From NCBI GenBank assembly GCA_043228905.1, contig JBHGNT010000001.1:24056001-24120000 (forward strand): 64,000 bases of DNA. Direction: 5' to 3'. Below the pieces are notes generated by a model. The model did not search any database, was not told where the DNA came from, and worked only from the letters and a program-made list of their open reading frames with translations. This stretch comes from Azolla caroliniana. Its lineage: Eukaryota; Plantae; Polypodiophyta. Both the position numbers and the translations under genes were made by a program. This document shows positions 20,601 to 32,900 of this stretch, one piece after another. Every line of letters begins with the position of its first letter. Within the stretch, counting starts at the first letter, position 1.

Positions 20601-23600
20601 CTGGGGTCCAACGCGACCCCTTTGATTCGCAACTCGCTGCCCTCCGGTAAGGGTGTCGCGACTAGCCTTACCTTCCGGTCCACAGTCTTGTACTTCGTGT
20701 TAACCCGGGCCGTCCGATCCGACTCGAGCCCCCGACTAAAGTCCGCGATGACTTCGTACATCTCTTCTGAACAAACCGGTATCGTCCGGTCCTCTTTAAG
20801 ACCTTCTCCGACCACCTCTCACAGTATTCCCAAGGTATCGTCGAAGGAGACCGCCTCCACGGCTCCATTGATTTCCTCGCTGGGACCGAGAACTCCGCAC
20901 GCCCGAAGTCGCTCTTCCGTCCTTGTCTTTTCTCGGCCAACGACGCCGACTATCGTACACCCTCCGTTGTCAGAGAAACAAAACTTCCTACTTATGGTAC
21001 AAGGTTTCTTCGGTTTTGCCTCTATCGTACATTTGTGGGGTTTTCCCGGAGTGTCCGGACTGTCGCGGCCCCATGCCTTGACAACCCTCTCTAAAAATCC
21101 TCTCGGTTCTCACCACCGAGGGTCTCGCAGTTTCGCTCCTGGTTCGGTCGCACCATCAGGAACTGGACCGAATGATGCTCGTCTTGACTCTTGACCCTCG
21201 CGTAAGCCGACCCGTTGTCCAGCACCTTGGTCTCCATCCGCGTTGCCGTAATGTACAGTTCTCCCAGTATGACCGGGTGCGAGGACGTCTCCTACACAAA
21301 GAAGTGATGATCTATCTCGACGTCGCCGATCTTGACTCGCACGTTTGGGCAGGCCCCGTGTAGTTCCTCGGTGGCGCGCGTCGCCGCCCGTATCTTCCAC
21401 CCGTGCTTGGTGTTGATCAGCCATTTCCCCTTCTTGTAGAAGTCCATGGACATCAGGTTTATTTCCGAACCGTGGTCCATCGACGCCACCACCGGTTCCT
21501 GAACATCTCCAATCTTCACCGGGGTTTCCGTGGTCGCTCGGGCCCAGTGTGGCCTCGAGTAGTGGCTCTCTGCCCACTCGTCTTCCAGCGCCATGTCCTC
21601 CAAGTGCGTCGTCCGCACCTCCACCGGCCTTTCCGGTTCTGTCTCCGTCGACAGCCTCTTCCTCTTCACCAAGTCTATGATGGAGTCGTGGAACTTCTTC
21701 TTGGCGATTCCGAGCACCTCCCGCAACGACAGTTCCACCTTGCTGTCGAGGATTCGTTCTTCCAGGACCTTTCGTAGGTCCGTGGTCCTTTCGATCTTCG
21801 TGCCCAACCGGTATCCGCCTTTCTTGTGGTTATCCCGGGCACTGGTCTCACCGGCCTCGTTCTGTTTCGGCCTGAATCGGGTTTCGTATCTCTGTGAGGG
21901 TCCGGCCCCTCCGGTTTTACCTACCCGTTTGTCTTCAACCAGAGCCTCGTAGTTCTGGCAAGCTGCTTCGACAAAACCCGTCTTTTCTTCGACCGGGTCA
22001 CTCCACCCGGTTACCTCTTGGACCCGCTTCTCTGCGCGGTCCGCCTCGTCTTTCTTTAGTCGGGCACCGGCGAGGCCTTCCAGCACCGTCGGCCAGAACC
22101 CGGCTTCGCTCTTCTTCCGGGCCTCGCTGCCACCGACCCGAATACCGGCCGACGCCGAGTAGTGGACGGTCTCCGCGTGTCGGGCCACCGCCTCTTCCAT
22201 CAGCCTTTTCATTCCTCCTCGCCCGTCGTTTCGGTTCAGGGCCCTTCGGGTATCGTTGGCGTGCACCCAACCTTCCCACAGGTACACTACCCGGCTTCTC
22301 AAAGCCTCCGCAAAGTCCCCGCAGTCTTTCCGGATGTGGCCGATCTCGTCGCACCACATGCACCTATTTCCTGCCGGAGGCCGTCGGTCACGAGCCTATT
22401 CGCCACCTTCCCTCCGAGCCTGGGCGATCTGGAGATCCTTTACCGCCCATGTCAACTCCTCCAAAGCTGACCCCCCGGACGAGCCTCTGACCACGTCGGT
22501 CGAAGACGAACCGGTTTCGAGCCACTCCCGGGTCTCTTCTCGTCCCGCCTGCGGTATCGGTTCGAGCTTCCTTGCTGCGACAGGACCCGCCCCGGTCGCC
22601 CCTGTATCCGCCCACTCCCACCGTTTGTCAAAATGGCCGCAGACTCTTTTTACCGCGGCCCAGTCAGCCGTCAGCCCGTCTTCGGTTTCCAGTAAGGAGC
22701 CCACTTGCACCCGATCCCGTGCGTCAACCGATTTGACAAACAGTAGGACACGACTTGTGTCTAGAACGGTCCGATTGAGCGCCGAAAGGCGCGCAAAGCG
22801 ATCCTCAAACTCCCAGAGGAGTGCCGACGCATTTCTTCCTTTGTCGGGGGACTCCACCCACTCCATGAAGCCCCGCTTTGAAAGTCAAAGCGCGTCATCC
22901 AACCCGTATTTCTCCAGGAGCCGTCCTTCGAATTCCTCCCTGGTCCGGCTCTCCGCCCGGACATTGAGCACCTCCGCATGGATGCCCGACATCGCCACTC
23001 GAGGGAATCCAGCAAGACGCCTCTCTTTCGGAATATCCCTCATCAACATCTCCGCCCGGTAGGACGCCAAATAACTCGTGGCATCCTTTCCACTGAACCG
23101 GCCGATCATACCGACTATCGCCTCAATAGCCCTGTCAAGGGCGCTGGTGCCCTCGCGCGCGCTCACTATCCGGTCCACGGCCGAAGCCATGGCCTCTGCA
23201 AGATCCGACCCCCTCATCTTTTGCTCCTCTACCACCTTGTTCACGTCGGGTTCACCAAATATGTCGCGTTACTACGCGCGTGCGTGGAGAAACGAGGCGG
23301 GACCACCGGGGTCTTGAACCGAAGAGCAGGTGATAGGAGGGGGAAGAGAAAGAGAGGGACGACCGGTTACGTATGAGCAAAGAAACACAGGGACACGGCC
23401 CGTCAACGCAAAAAACACGAATGGACACAGAGGCAGAGAGACACGAATGTTTGTATATTAACAAATGACACAAAACAACAGAGCACACGAGCGGTTACAA
23501 CCGAACAGGCCGGCGAACAGATGACGATGCCTGCTCGTCTGGGCACGAAAGGGGATAGGATGGAGGTGCTGCCGGAAGCACACGGGCGTTCCTCGAAGCA

Positions 23601-23910
23601 ACGTGAGCCTCCCGAAAACCTGCAGAGAAGAGCGATGGAGAATGAACAGAGGAGAAGCGTTCGGTTACAGTCCGACAGCACTTCGTCCTCCTCAATGCGC
23701 GATCCCTTTCTCCCCGCGCCTCCCTCTCTTTTATAGCTCCAAGAAGGGAGCCATTTCCCTCATTAACTTCCTACCTACCGAATCTAACTACCTAGGATAT
23801 ACCTTTGTACCTAATCCTTTATTATATACATCAGAGGGCGCGCACGCGTGAAGAGCCGGTTCGCGCGCGCTATACACCGATTGCGCTAAGGGACGGTTTT
23901 CTTCACGACA
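17663..23910 (-). mobile_element. Element C: Ty3/gypsy with tRNA-Trp PBS, truncated integrase, inserted in the protease of B
   Basis: LTRs 17663-18348 and 23262-23910 (TGTCG..CGACA; left copy has an extra 37-bp unit); PBS TGGTGAACCCGACGTGAA at 23240-23257; CMWCDEIGHIRKDC knuckle, MDHGSE protease, LPQGGTNS/PFLDD RT, VDTS RNase H, HHCC integrase; 4-bp TSD CCAA/CCGA. Confidence 0.92.
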
Positions 23911-24945
23911 CCGAGAAAATCCTATTGAAAAACCTCCCTTGCCCTGCATCTGTTGTAGTCATTAATGGTCGCTCTATTTCATCCGGGAATATAGTTAAAA
24001 AATCTGAGCCAATTCGAGTAGTTCTTGGTAGCTTTGCTTGTATGATTTCCTTCAATATAATTAGTATCCCTGAGCATCCAGTCATCCTTGGTTTGCCTTG
24101 GTTTGAACTCCACAATCCTGAAATTGACTGGAGAAATCGAACAATCGATGATTTCCAACAGAAACCTGAATCTGGCTGCCTTGTTATTACCAACCAAGAT
24201 TCAAAGCCTCACCAAATCTCGCCCATCTCTCTACAAAAATTACGAGAAGACGGGCAAACAAATGAAAGGTTTGTCTTTGTAGTAATACCAAACCCATCCT
24301 CTAGCTCACAAGGGGCAGGTACTCCCCTCCCTACCAAGTACTTGGATTTTGAAGACATCTTCAACAAAGCTAAAGCTAGTTCTCTCCCAGACTATCGGCC
24401 TTATGATTGTCCTATCGATCTACAACCTGGGAAAGAGCCACCATGGGGCCCAATATATAATCTATCACCTTCCGAACTCAAGGCCCTTCGAGAGTATATA
24501 GACGAGCACTTAGCAAATGGATTCATTCAACATTCTAAAAGCCCTGCTGGTGCACCCATCTTCTTTGTCAAGAAGAAAGATGGATCTCTACGATTGGTTG
24601 TGGACTATCGAGGTCTAAACAAAATCACAGTTCGAAATAGATATGCTCTACCCTTGATTTCGAGTTTACTAGAGCGTCTTAGTGGAGCGAAAATTTTCAC
24701 AAAGCTAGATCTTCGAGGTGCATATAACCTTGTTCAGATACGTTCAGGAGATTGTTGTAGGTTTTAGGGTTAGGGTAAATGATGATAATGCTAAAGATAG
24801 GAATAGGGTTAACAATCATGGTATATTGATAATATATGTGTGATGATGATGGTGAGAGATCATGAAGAACAAAACAAGCATTGAGGGCTGGGGGGTGGTG
24901 CCTAGAATGGCTCCACCCCCCTCCCAAGGGGGTTCAATGTAAGGG

Positions 24946-24977
<32 letters not shown>

Positions 24978-26192
24978 TTATATGTTTCATTCATTCCCCA
25001 TAAGGGGTTAAATAGTACAAGAGGGGGTAGATACATAGGGGTGTAAGCCCCATCGAGCATTCATATTGGACACTCACTCACACCTCCTCGTATCCATCCA
25101 CATGCACACACATGTGCATGTGTTCACATACGTATAGACTCACAATTACATTTATGCCCCCTACACATACACAACAACATCATGATAACATTCGACCCTC
25201 GCTCATCACACTTGACTCTCCCTACATCTCGTACAGGGTAACACAATATGGCACGCCCGTGGGAGAGTGCCTTGCACGTCGATCCCACATGCCTTGATGA
25301 TGATATTTCTTCGACCGGAACTTCCATCGGTCCTTTCAACGATCGACTCCCTCGATCGGAGTGCTTGACTCAAACATCTTTGTCGGTCAGCAAATCTTTC
25401 CGCGACACGAACATTCTCGTTCTGTCGGCTTACGAACTTCGTCAAGGGTTCAAAATCATGTCGTGTATATGTATGTTCTTCCTTTGTTTTGAGTGTGTGT
25501 GAGTAGTCTTGGGGATTTTCAAATTTTTGGTGGTGCCCTCTTGTATTTTTTTTAAAATTTTGATATGTACCCTCGAGTTTTGAAAATTTCTTGGATGCTT
25601 TTTATCCTTCTCTTTTTCTCCCACTCTTTTTCTGTTTTCTGTCTGCGTTTCTCCTCTCTCTCTTGTCTTATGCTCTTGTCATTCTTGCGGTTCCTTCTTA
25701 GTCGTTTGTCTTAGCTTCTAACTTCCTCTTCCTCCTCTTTCTTTCTGCTTTCATTTCCCGCTTCTCTTTGCCTTCCTTTCTCTCCTCTCTTCATCTGCTT
25801 CTTCTTCCGTATTTGTCTTCTTCTTCCTTTCTCGTTTTTCCCCATCCTCTGATCTATGCCTTCTCTTCCTTCTCTTCTTTACTCTGCACTTTCTTCTCTG
25901 TGTGTTCTAGTTCCTTCTCTGTTTCTGGCGATCCAGTAGTGCGGGTCTTCGGTTGTTCGTTCTTTCTCTCATTCCAAGGTCTCTTCGTCACTATCTCCAT
26001 TTCTTTGTCTCTATCGGTCTACCAGCCACTCATGACCGTTGGTTGTCCCCGCTCCTCTATCTGTCGCCTACACTGTCCGGCCCATCGTTTCGGCGTCAGT
26101 TGTCCGGCCTTTCTGGCCGCATTTCGGCCATTCCGGCTGCATTTTGGCCACTTCTGTGCATTTTGGCCGCCCCGACCGCAGGCGGCTGCTTC

Positions 26193-26655
26193 TGTTATTG
26201 CTAGGGCCGGACAACAGCCTAACACAGGGTGTTCACTTAAGACACGTCACCAAAGGGTGGTACGGCAGAATGACTTACGGCACAACGCTTAATTAGACCT
26301 TAATCGATTACTTAGCCATCCGTAATTAACACGCGTAAGATATGACAATAATTACAGAACGATAATCAACACTTGAAGATTAAGACCATAAGCTTTATTA
26401 ATTATCCGCTCTTGATTACATTGTAACCGGGCCTTTATATAGGTCTCCGGTGTGAAATACAAAACGGTGCCAAACGAAACCTTTACGGAATCGTTCTGGA
26501 TCCGGATCGGCATACCAATTCCGGTCCGTCCGTCCACATCTTCTTATATAATAATATGTATATATTAAGACTACTAATTCCAACAGTTCCCGAATAACTA
26601 TTCCTTTCACACTCTGGTTTGGACCTCCTTTAGCCTTCTTTGTCGGCCGGTAACA
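26193..26655 (-). mobile_element. Solo LTR of the element E family inside D
   Basis: TGTTA..GTAACA, homologous to 12147-12586; TSD GCTTC on both sides. Confidence 0.9.
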
Positions 26656-28210
26656 GCTTCCCGGTCACTGCCCTGTTTTCAGCCACTTCTTTCGCCGTCT
26701 CTATCCGGCACTGTCATTCGTCTTCCGGTCCATCCGTTTGTCCGTCCCGGTCCGTTTTAGTCCGTACGGCCGTTCTTACCGGTTGTTTCTAGTTATTTCC
26801 GCCATTTCTGTGTCGGCTATCCGATCACCACTGCTCTGGCTGCTGTTCGGCCACTGCCACTATCGGGCTACCGTGAGGCCGACGCCACTGTCTTTGTCAT
26901 GGCCATCTGGTTGCCGCCACTGCTTGCCGTTCGGCCACTGCTCCGGCCGTTGCTTGTCTGGCCACCACAAGTCAGTGATCGTCCCGGCTTCATCATCATT
27001 CCGGCCGTTCAGCCCATCCGGTCATGTTTGTCTGTTCATCAGGTTGTGTCTGTCCGTTTCCTCATGCTTTTTCTACGGCTCTTCGGCAATAGGTTGTTCT
27101 TGGCCGTTGTCCATTAGTCGGTCGTGCCAATTGTCCGTCTCTGACGATATCTTTCTGGTCCTTCGTTCATTCTTCCGTCCATCCATTCGGCCGTTTCCGA
27201 CCATCAAGTCGTTCTTCAACGGTCTTTGTCTCTGCGCATATTTGTCATTGTTGACCTTGTCCGACTGTCTTCGTTCATCCATGCATGGTCGTTGTTGGTC
27301 GTCATAGTCACTATCTTTGTTGGCTCTGTCTGGCCGGTCTCTTTCCACTTTTGGACCCTCGGTTTGGCCGCCGCTTGCCGGCCTCTCCGGCCTTTTCCAT
27401 CTATGCCTCGGCTGCTGTCAAGCTACCACTCCGTTGCGGACTCCATCACCGTCTCTGTTGGTTTCCGTCCATTCGAGTCCGCATTTATGTCTCTTCTCTG
27501 TCTTCTATGGTCCTTCGGTGTTAACCAACTCTGGTTCTTGTTCCGATTCCGGTTCCGACTCTCTCCGCGTTGTTTCTTCTGGAACCATTGCCCGTGCATT
27601 CTCAACACATCCTGCCGATCTCCGCTCCACACACTGCGACTTTCTACGCAGTCTCCTGGTGGGCTTCTCTTTCCGGTCGTGCTGGCACCGGTTCCCTCTG
27701 CGTTGTTGTTTGTCCAGTCGTGCATCTTGCACCACGCTTTTGAGAACACACACATTGTCGCTAACCACTTTCGGAAACACGCACATGGACACTAATCGCA
27801 ACCTCGCACAAACATTGTTGGCATTCATGCATTCCACCATAGACTTCTTCCAACATCTTCACCGTCATTTTCGCGTTTCGCCATTTCTTGCACTTAGTCG
27901 CTATGCCTTGCACATCCGCATATCATTCTTCGACTCCGTCTCCAAAGGGGGGTCGCCTTAGTGGTCGCCAAAAGGTGTTGTAGGTTTTAAGGTTAGGGTT
28001 AATGATGATAATGCTAAAGATAGGAATAGGGTTAACAATCATGGTAGATTGATAATGTATGTGTGATGATGATGGTGAGAGATCATGAAGAACAAAACAA
28101 GCATTGAGGGGTGGGGGGTGGTGCTTAGAATGGCTCCACCCCCCTCCCAAGGGGGTTCAACGTAAGGGGGGAGAGAGAGAGAGAGAGAGAGAGAATGATT
28201 ATATGTTTCA

Positions 28211-28979
28211 TGACAGGAACTGGCCGTTCCTTATGCGCAACGCTCGGCCACAACCGAGCTTAGAATGATACACAGAAAACGGGAAATAAGACGCGACACA
28301 AAGAAGAAGAAAATACACAGGAGGTTTACGTGGAAAACCCCAAACTAGGGGAAAAACCACGGCAGCCCACAGGCTGCAAACTGTCACTATGTAAGAATGT
28401 ACAAAACAGTGAGTTCACGGAGGCAACGACCTCGAACTCACGATCTTCGCCACAGGCGGCGGTTACAACAGAGGCAGCGACCTCTTTCTCTCTCTCTCTT
28501 TGTACAACGTTACGTACTCTCTCTTCTTCTTGCACCAACAAGAAAATGACAACACTTTTTTTTTTACAACTAGTTTGCCCTAAGTCATATTTATACTAAT
28601 ATGACTTTTCGGCTATTTACAAATATAGCCTCGATGGACTATCAGAAAACATATTTACGAATATGTCTCTTCATCCAGTTCTCCGTAGCCGGGTACTCCT
28701 CATCCGGTCTTCACCGGGTCTGCACCATCCGGCCCTCCGTAGCCGGGTACTCCTCATCTGGTCTTCACCGGGTCTGCATCATCCGGCTCTCCGTAGCCGG
28801 GTACTCCTCATCCGGTTCATACCAGGTCTGCACCATCCGGCCCTCCGTAGCCAGGTACTCCTCATCCGGTCTTCACCGGGTCTACACCATCCGGCTCTCC
28901 GTAGCCGGGTCCACCTCATACGGTTTCTCATCAACACTGTTCTTCTCCCTTCCCATCCGGAGGGACCTGTCTCCCAACA
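28211..28979 (-). mobile_element. Solo LTR of a Tork/Tnt1-like copia inside the right LTR of D
   Basis: TGACA..CCAACA; TSD TTTCA; shares CGTGGAAAACCC..GGGAAAAACCACG and GTTTGCCCTAAGTCATATTTATAC with the LTR of H. Confidence 0.9.
28681..28925. repeat. 54-bp tandem repeat (~4.5 copies) in U3 of the solo LTR
   Basis: Unit CTCCGTAGCCGGGTACTCCTCATCCGGTCTTCACCGGGTCTGCACCATCCGGCC starting at 28681, 28735, 28789, 28843, 28897. Confidence 0.92.
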
Positions 28980-31900
28980 TTTCATTCATTCCCCATAAGG
29001 GGTTAAATAGTACAAGAGGGGGTAGATACATAGGGGTGTAAGCCCCATCGAGCATTCATATTGGACACTCACTCACACCTCCTCGTATCCATCCACATGC
29101 ACACACGTGTGCATGTGTTCACATACGTATAGACTCACAATTACATTTATGCCCCCTACACATACACAACAACATCATGATAACATTCGACCCTCGCTCA
29201 TCACACTTGACTCTCCCTACATCTCGTACGGGGTAACAGAGATGAATGGAAGACGGCATTCCGTACTCGATACGGACATTTCGAGTACACAGTTATGCCT
29301 TTTGGTCTCACGAATGCACCCACGGTTTTTAACACATGGCAAATGATATTTTCCGCGTTTTTCTGGATTCATTCATCATAGTATATCTTGATGACATCTT
29401 GATCTACTCGAAAACTCAAGAAGAGCATGCCATACATGTCCGCCAAGTCTTCCAACGCTTACGAGAATATGGGCTCTATGCCAAACTTGAGAAATGTAGC
29501 TTTGATCAAAACCACGTGGAGTTTCTAGGGTATGTGGTTTCACAACAAGGTATATCTATGGATCCATCTAAGGTGCAGACAATTCTAAACTGGCAACCAC
29601 CTCGTTCAGTGCGTGATGTTCAATGTTTCTTAGGATTTGCGAATTTTTACCACAAATTTATCAAGAATTATTCAAACATTGTGATGCCTCTTACAGAGCT
29701 TACACGAAAGAACAAGTCATTCACATGGAGTTCTAGTGCAATCAAAGCTTTTGAAAGCCTAAAGAGCGCATTCACTTCTGCTCCAATTCTACTTCATGCT
29801 GACCTAGAAAAACCGTTTATCATCGAGGCGGATGCGTCTGATTTTGCACTAGGAAGTATCTTGTCACAGACATGAGAAGATGGGAAGCTACATCCAATTG
29901 CTTTCCATTCACGCAAATTCAAAGCTGCAGAGATTAATTACAAGATTCACGACAAAGAGCTTCTAGCCATTATAGACTCGTTTGAACAATGGAGACATTT
30001 CTTAGAAGGTTCTCCCCACCAAATCATTGTTTACAATGATCATAAAAACCTCACATACTTTCAAAGTGCTAGAGTCTTGAGTCCTCGCCAAGCTCGTTGG
30101 GCACAATTTCTAATGTGTTTTGACTTCGTCATCACATATCGCCCAAGAGTACAACAAGGAAAGGCAGATGCTCTCTCACGACAATCTTATTTGGCTTCAC
30201 AACCAGGAGAGCCCACATTTGATCATAAAAAACAAATCGTCTTGGGGCCTAATCGGTTACGACTATTAACTATTAATGCCTCTCAAGCATTTGAAGATTC
30301 AAGTCTTCTTGATTCAATCCGAACATATATCATTTCTTATGAATTTGCTCAAGATATATTGAATCATATAATTTCATATCGCGCTTCTTCTTGAAGCTCC
30401 AAGAATCCTCGTAAAGATTATAACTAGTTTAAATGGGATAACGGTTTACTTTTTTGCAACACTCTTTTGTATGTCCCAAATGGTTCGTCTCGACTTCAAG
30501 TAATGCAATATTGTCACGACAACCCAATGGCCGAGCACTTTGGAATCCACAAAACTTTGGAGCTAGTTTCTCGAAACTATTGGTGGCCTCACCTTCGAGA
30601 GTTTGTTGAAGATTATGTTCGTAGTTGTGATGTGTGTTGTCGGTCAAAGATTCCACGACATCGACCATATGGGTTATTACAACCATTGCCAGTTCCTATT
30701 GGTCCGTGGAAATCCATCTCGATGGATTTTATTACAGATCTTCCAATTTCGAAGAGTTTTGATGTTATTCTCGCTATAGTAGATCGATTCACAAAGATGG
30801 CGCATTTTCTTCCATGCACGAAAACCATCAACAATAAAGAAACTGTAGACATCCTTATGAAAGAAGTATTTCGGCTTCACGGTCTTCCGAATGACATCAT
30901 TAGTGATTGTGGCCCACAATTCATCTCAAAATTCTGGAAACACTTGCTTGAGATGCTCAAAATTTCCTGTAAACTTTCGTCAAGCTATCATCCACAAAGT
31001 GACGGTCAAACCGAGCGAACGAATCAAACATTAGAGCAATATCTTCGGTGTTTCATCAATTACCAACAAGATGATTGGGTGGATTTTTTGCACTTTGCAG
31101 AGTTTGCATACAATAATTCAGTTCATTCCTCAACAGGGTATACTCCATTTTTTGCAAACATAGGATATCATCCTCGCTGGACAATGATGGAACATCCAGA
31201 AATCTCGCAAAATCCTGTTGTTGAAGATCGTCTGCGTCAAATCCAAGACGTGCATGTTGCACTTTCTCAACATTTGCAAACTACTCAAGCCACACAAAAA
31301 AGCCGCAGATCGTCACCGTCTCAACTCTTCAGCAAAGGAACCGAAGTTTCGAATTGGGAATCGTGTATGGTTACTACGACGTAATGTGAAGACTACTAGA
31401 CCTTGTGAAAAGCTGGATTATCAACGACTTGGTCCATTTATTATCTCCAATCAGATTAATGATGTTGCATTCCGCCTTGATCTACCTCCACAGATGCATC
31501 TACATCCGGTATTTCATGTCTCATTGTTGGAACCCTACATTGGTAGTTCCATTCCAAATCGAGTTGTTCTACCCCTACCTCCAATTCAACTTGTTGATGG
31601 CCCAGAATTTGAAGTCAAAGCTATTTTGGACTCCAAGATAATACGTAAAAAGCTTTATTATCTCGTGGATTGGTTAGGATATACACCAAATGATCGTACT
31701 TGGGAGCCAGTTGAGAACCTTGATAATGCCTCTAACTTGGTGGTTGAATTTCATCGCCAATATCCAGATAAGCCAAGTCCGAATTCATGCATTACGACTC
31801 GTGGAACTCGTCGTCAAAGGAGGGGGATGGTGCCACGTGTATACAAAACCCAATAAGCTTTATGATAATTCGAACCCATGAACTCCTCAAAGAAGGCATA

Positions 31901-32086
31901 CAACCCCATCCATTAGGATACATCATATTGTATATATTAAATAATAAATTCTATTATATCAATAGGAAATACATATAATAATATTATTGAAATGTCGCCA
32001 CCTTGCATAGGCTAATGCATGATTGCCAAGGGGCATGCTTGCATGAATGCCAAGTGGCGATCATGCGTGCCTATGAGGTGGCGAGC

Positions 32087-32900
32087 ATGCATGTATCCAA
32101 ACCATGCTATATAAACATGTATTTGACTATTGATGAACCATTCTGGTTCAACGCTAGTCTTCGACATATTCTTGTAAACATTGCTCTCGTTGTTAATATA
32201 TTATCAAATTCTTCTTATCTCACTCATATCTTTCCCTTCTCATTCAAACCATGCATGTATCCAAACCATGCTATATAAACATGTATTTGACTATTGATGA
32301 ACCATTCTGGTTCAACGCTAGTCTTCGACATATTCTTGTAAACATTGCTCTCGTTGTTAATATATTATCAAATTCTTCTTATCTCACTCATATCTTTCCC
32401 TTCTCATTCAAACCATGCATGTATCCAAACCATGCTATATAAACATGTATTTGACTATTGATGAACCATTCTGGTTCAACGCTAGTCTTCGACATATTCT
32501 TGTAAACATTGCTCTCGTTGTTAATATATTATCAAATTCTTCTTATCTCACTCATATCTTTCCCTTCTCATTCAAACCATGCATGTATCCAAACCATGCT
32601 ATATAAACATGTATTTGACTATTGATGAACCATTCTGGTTCAACGCTAGTCTTCGACATATTCTTGTAAACATTGCTCTCGTTGTTAATATATTATCAAA
32701 TTCTTCTTATCTCACTCATATCTTTCCCTTCTCATTCAAACCATGCATGTATCCAAACCATGCTATATAAACATGTATTTGACTATTGATGAACCATTCT
32801 GGTTCAACGCTAGTCTTCGACATATTCTTGTAAACATTGCTCTCGTTGTTAATATATTATCAAATTCTTCTTATCTCACTCATATCTTTCCCTTCTCATT
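32087..32900 (+). repeat. 164-bp tandem repeat x5 in the 3' LTR of B
   Basis: Units start at 32087, 32251, 32415, 32579, 32743 (identical ORF-track translations); single copy in the 5' LTR. Confidence 0.95.

Larger units (their letters stand above)
24753..29238 (-). mobile_element. Element D: non-autonomous LTR element (LARD-like, related to E) inserted in the RT of B
   Basis: ~491-bp LTRs 24753-25243 and 27976-29238 (the latter interrupted); TSD GAGAT (24748-24752/29239-29243); PBS TGGCGACCAC (-) at 27961-27970; no gag/pol motifs recognised internally. Confidence 0.9.

Noticed and set aside
18200-23400. Numerous long antisense/overlapping ORFs in C (likewise in D, E and H)
   Set aside because: Expected shadows of GC-rich coding or low-complexity sequence; no recognisable motifs.
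24762-24775. Telomeric repeats TTTTAGGGTTAGGG (also AAACCCTAAACCCTAAACCC at ~37893)
   Set aside because: Only 2-3 units; part of the D LTR terminus or an intronic telo-box, not a telomere or healing site.
32087-32900. Regular arrays (164 bp here, 54 bp at 28681) as CRISPR-like or as genes for repeated 63-aa peptides
   Set aside because: Head-to-tail units with no unique spacers, inside LTRs; eukaryotic context with no cas genes; the ORFs are by-products of the repeat.
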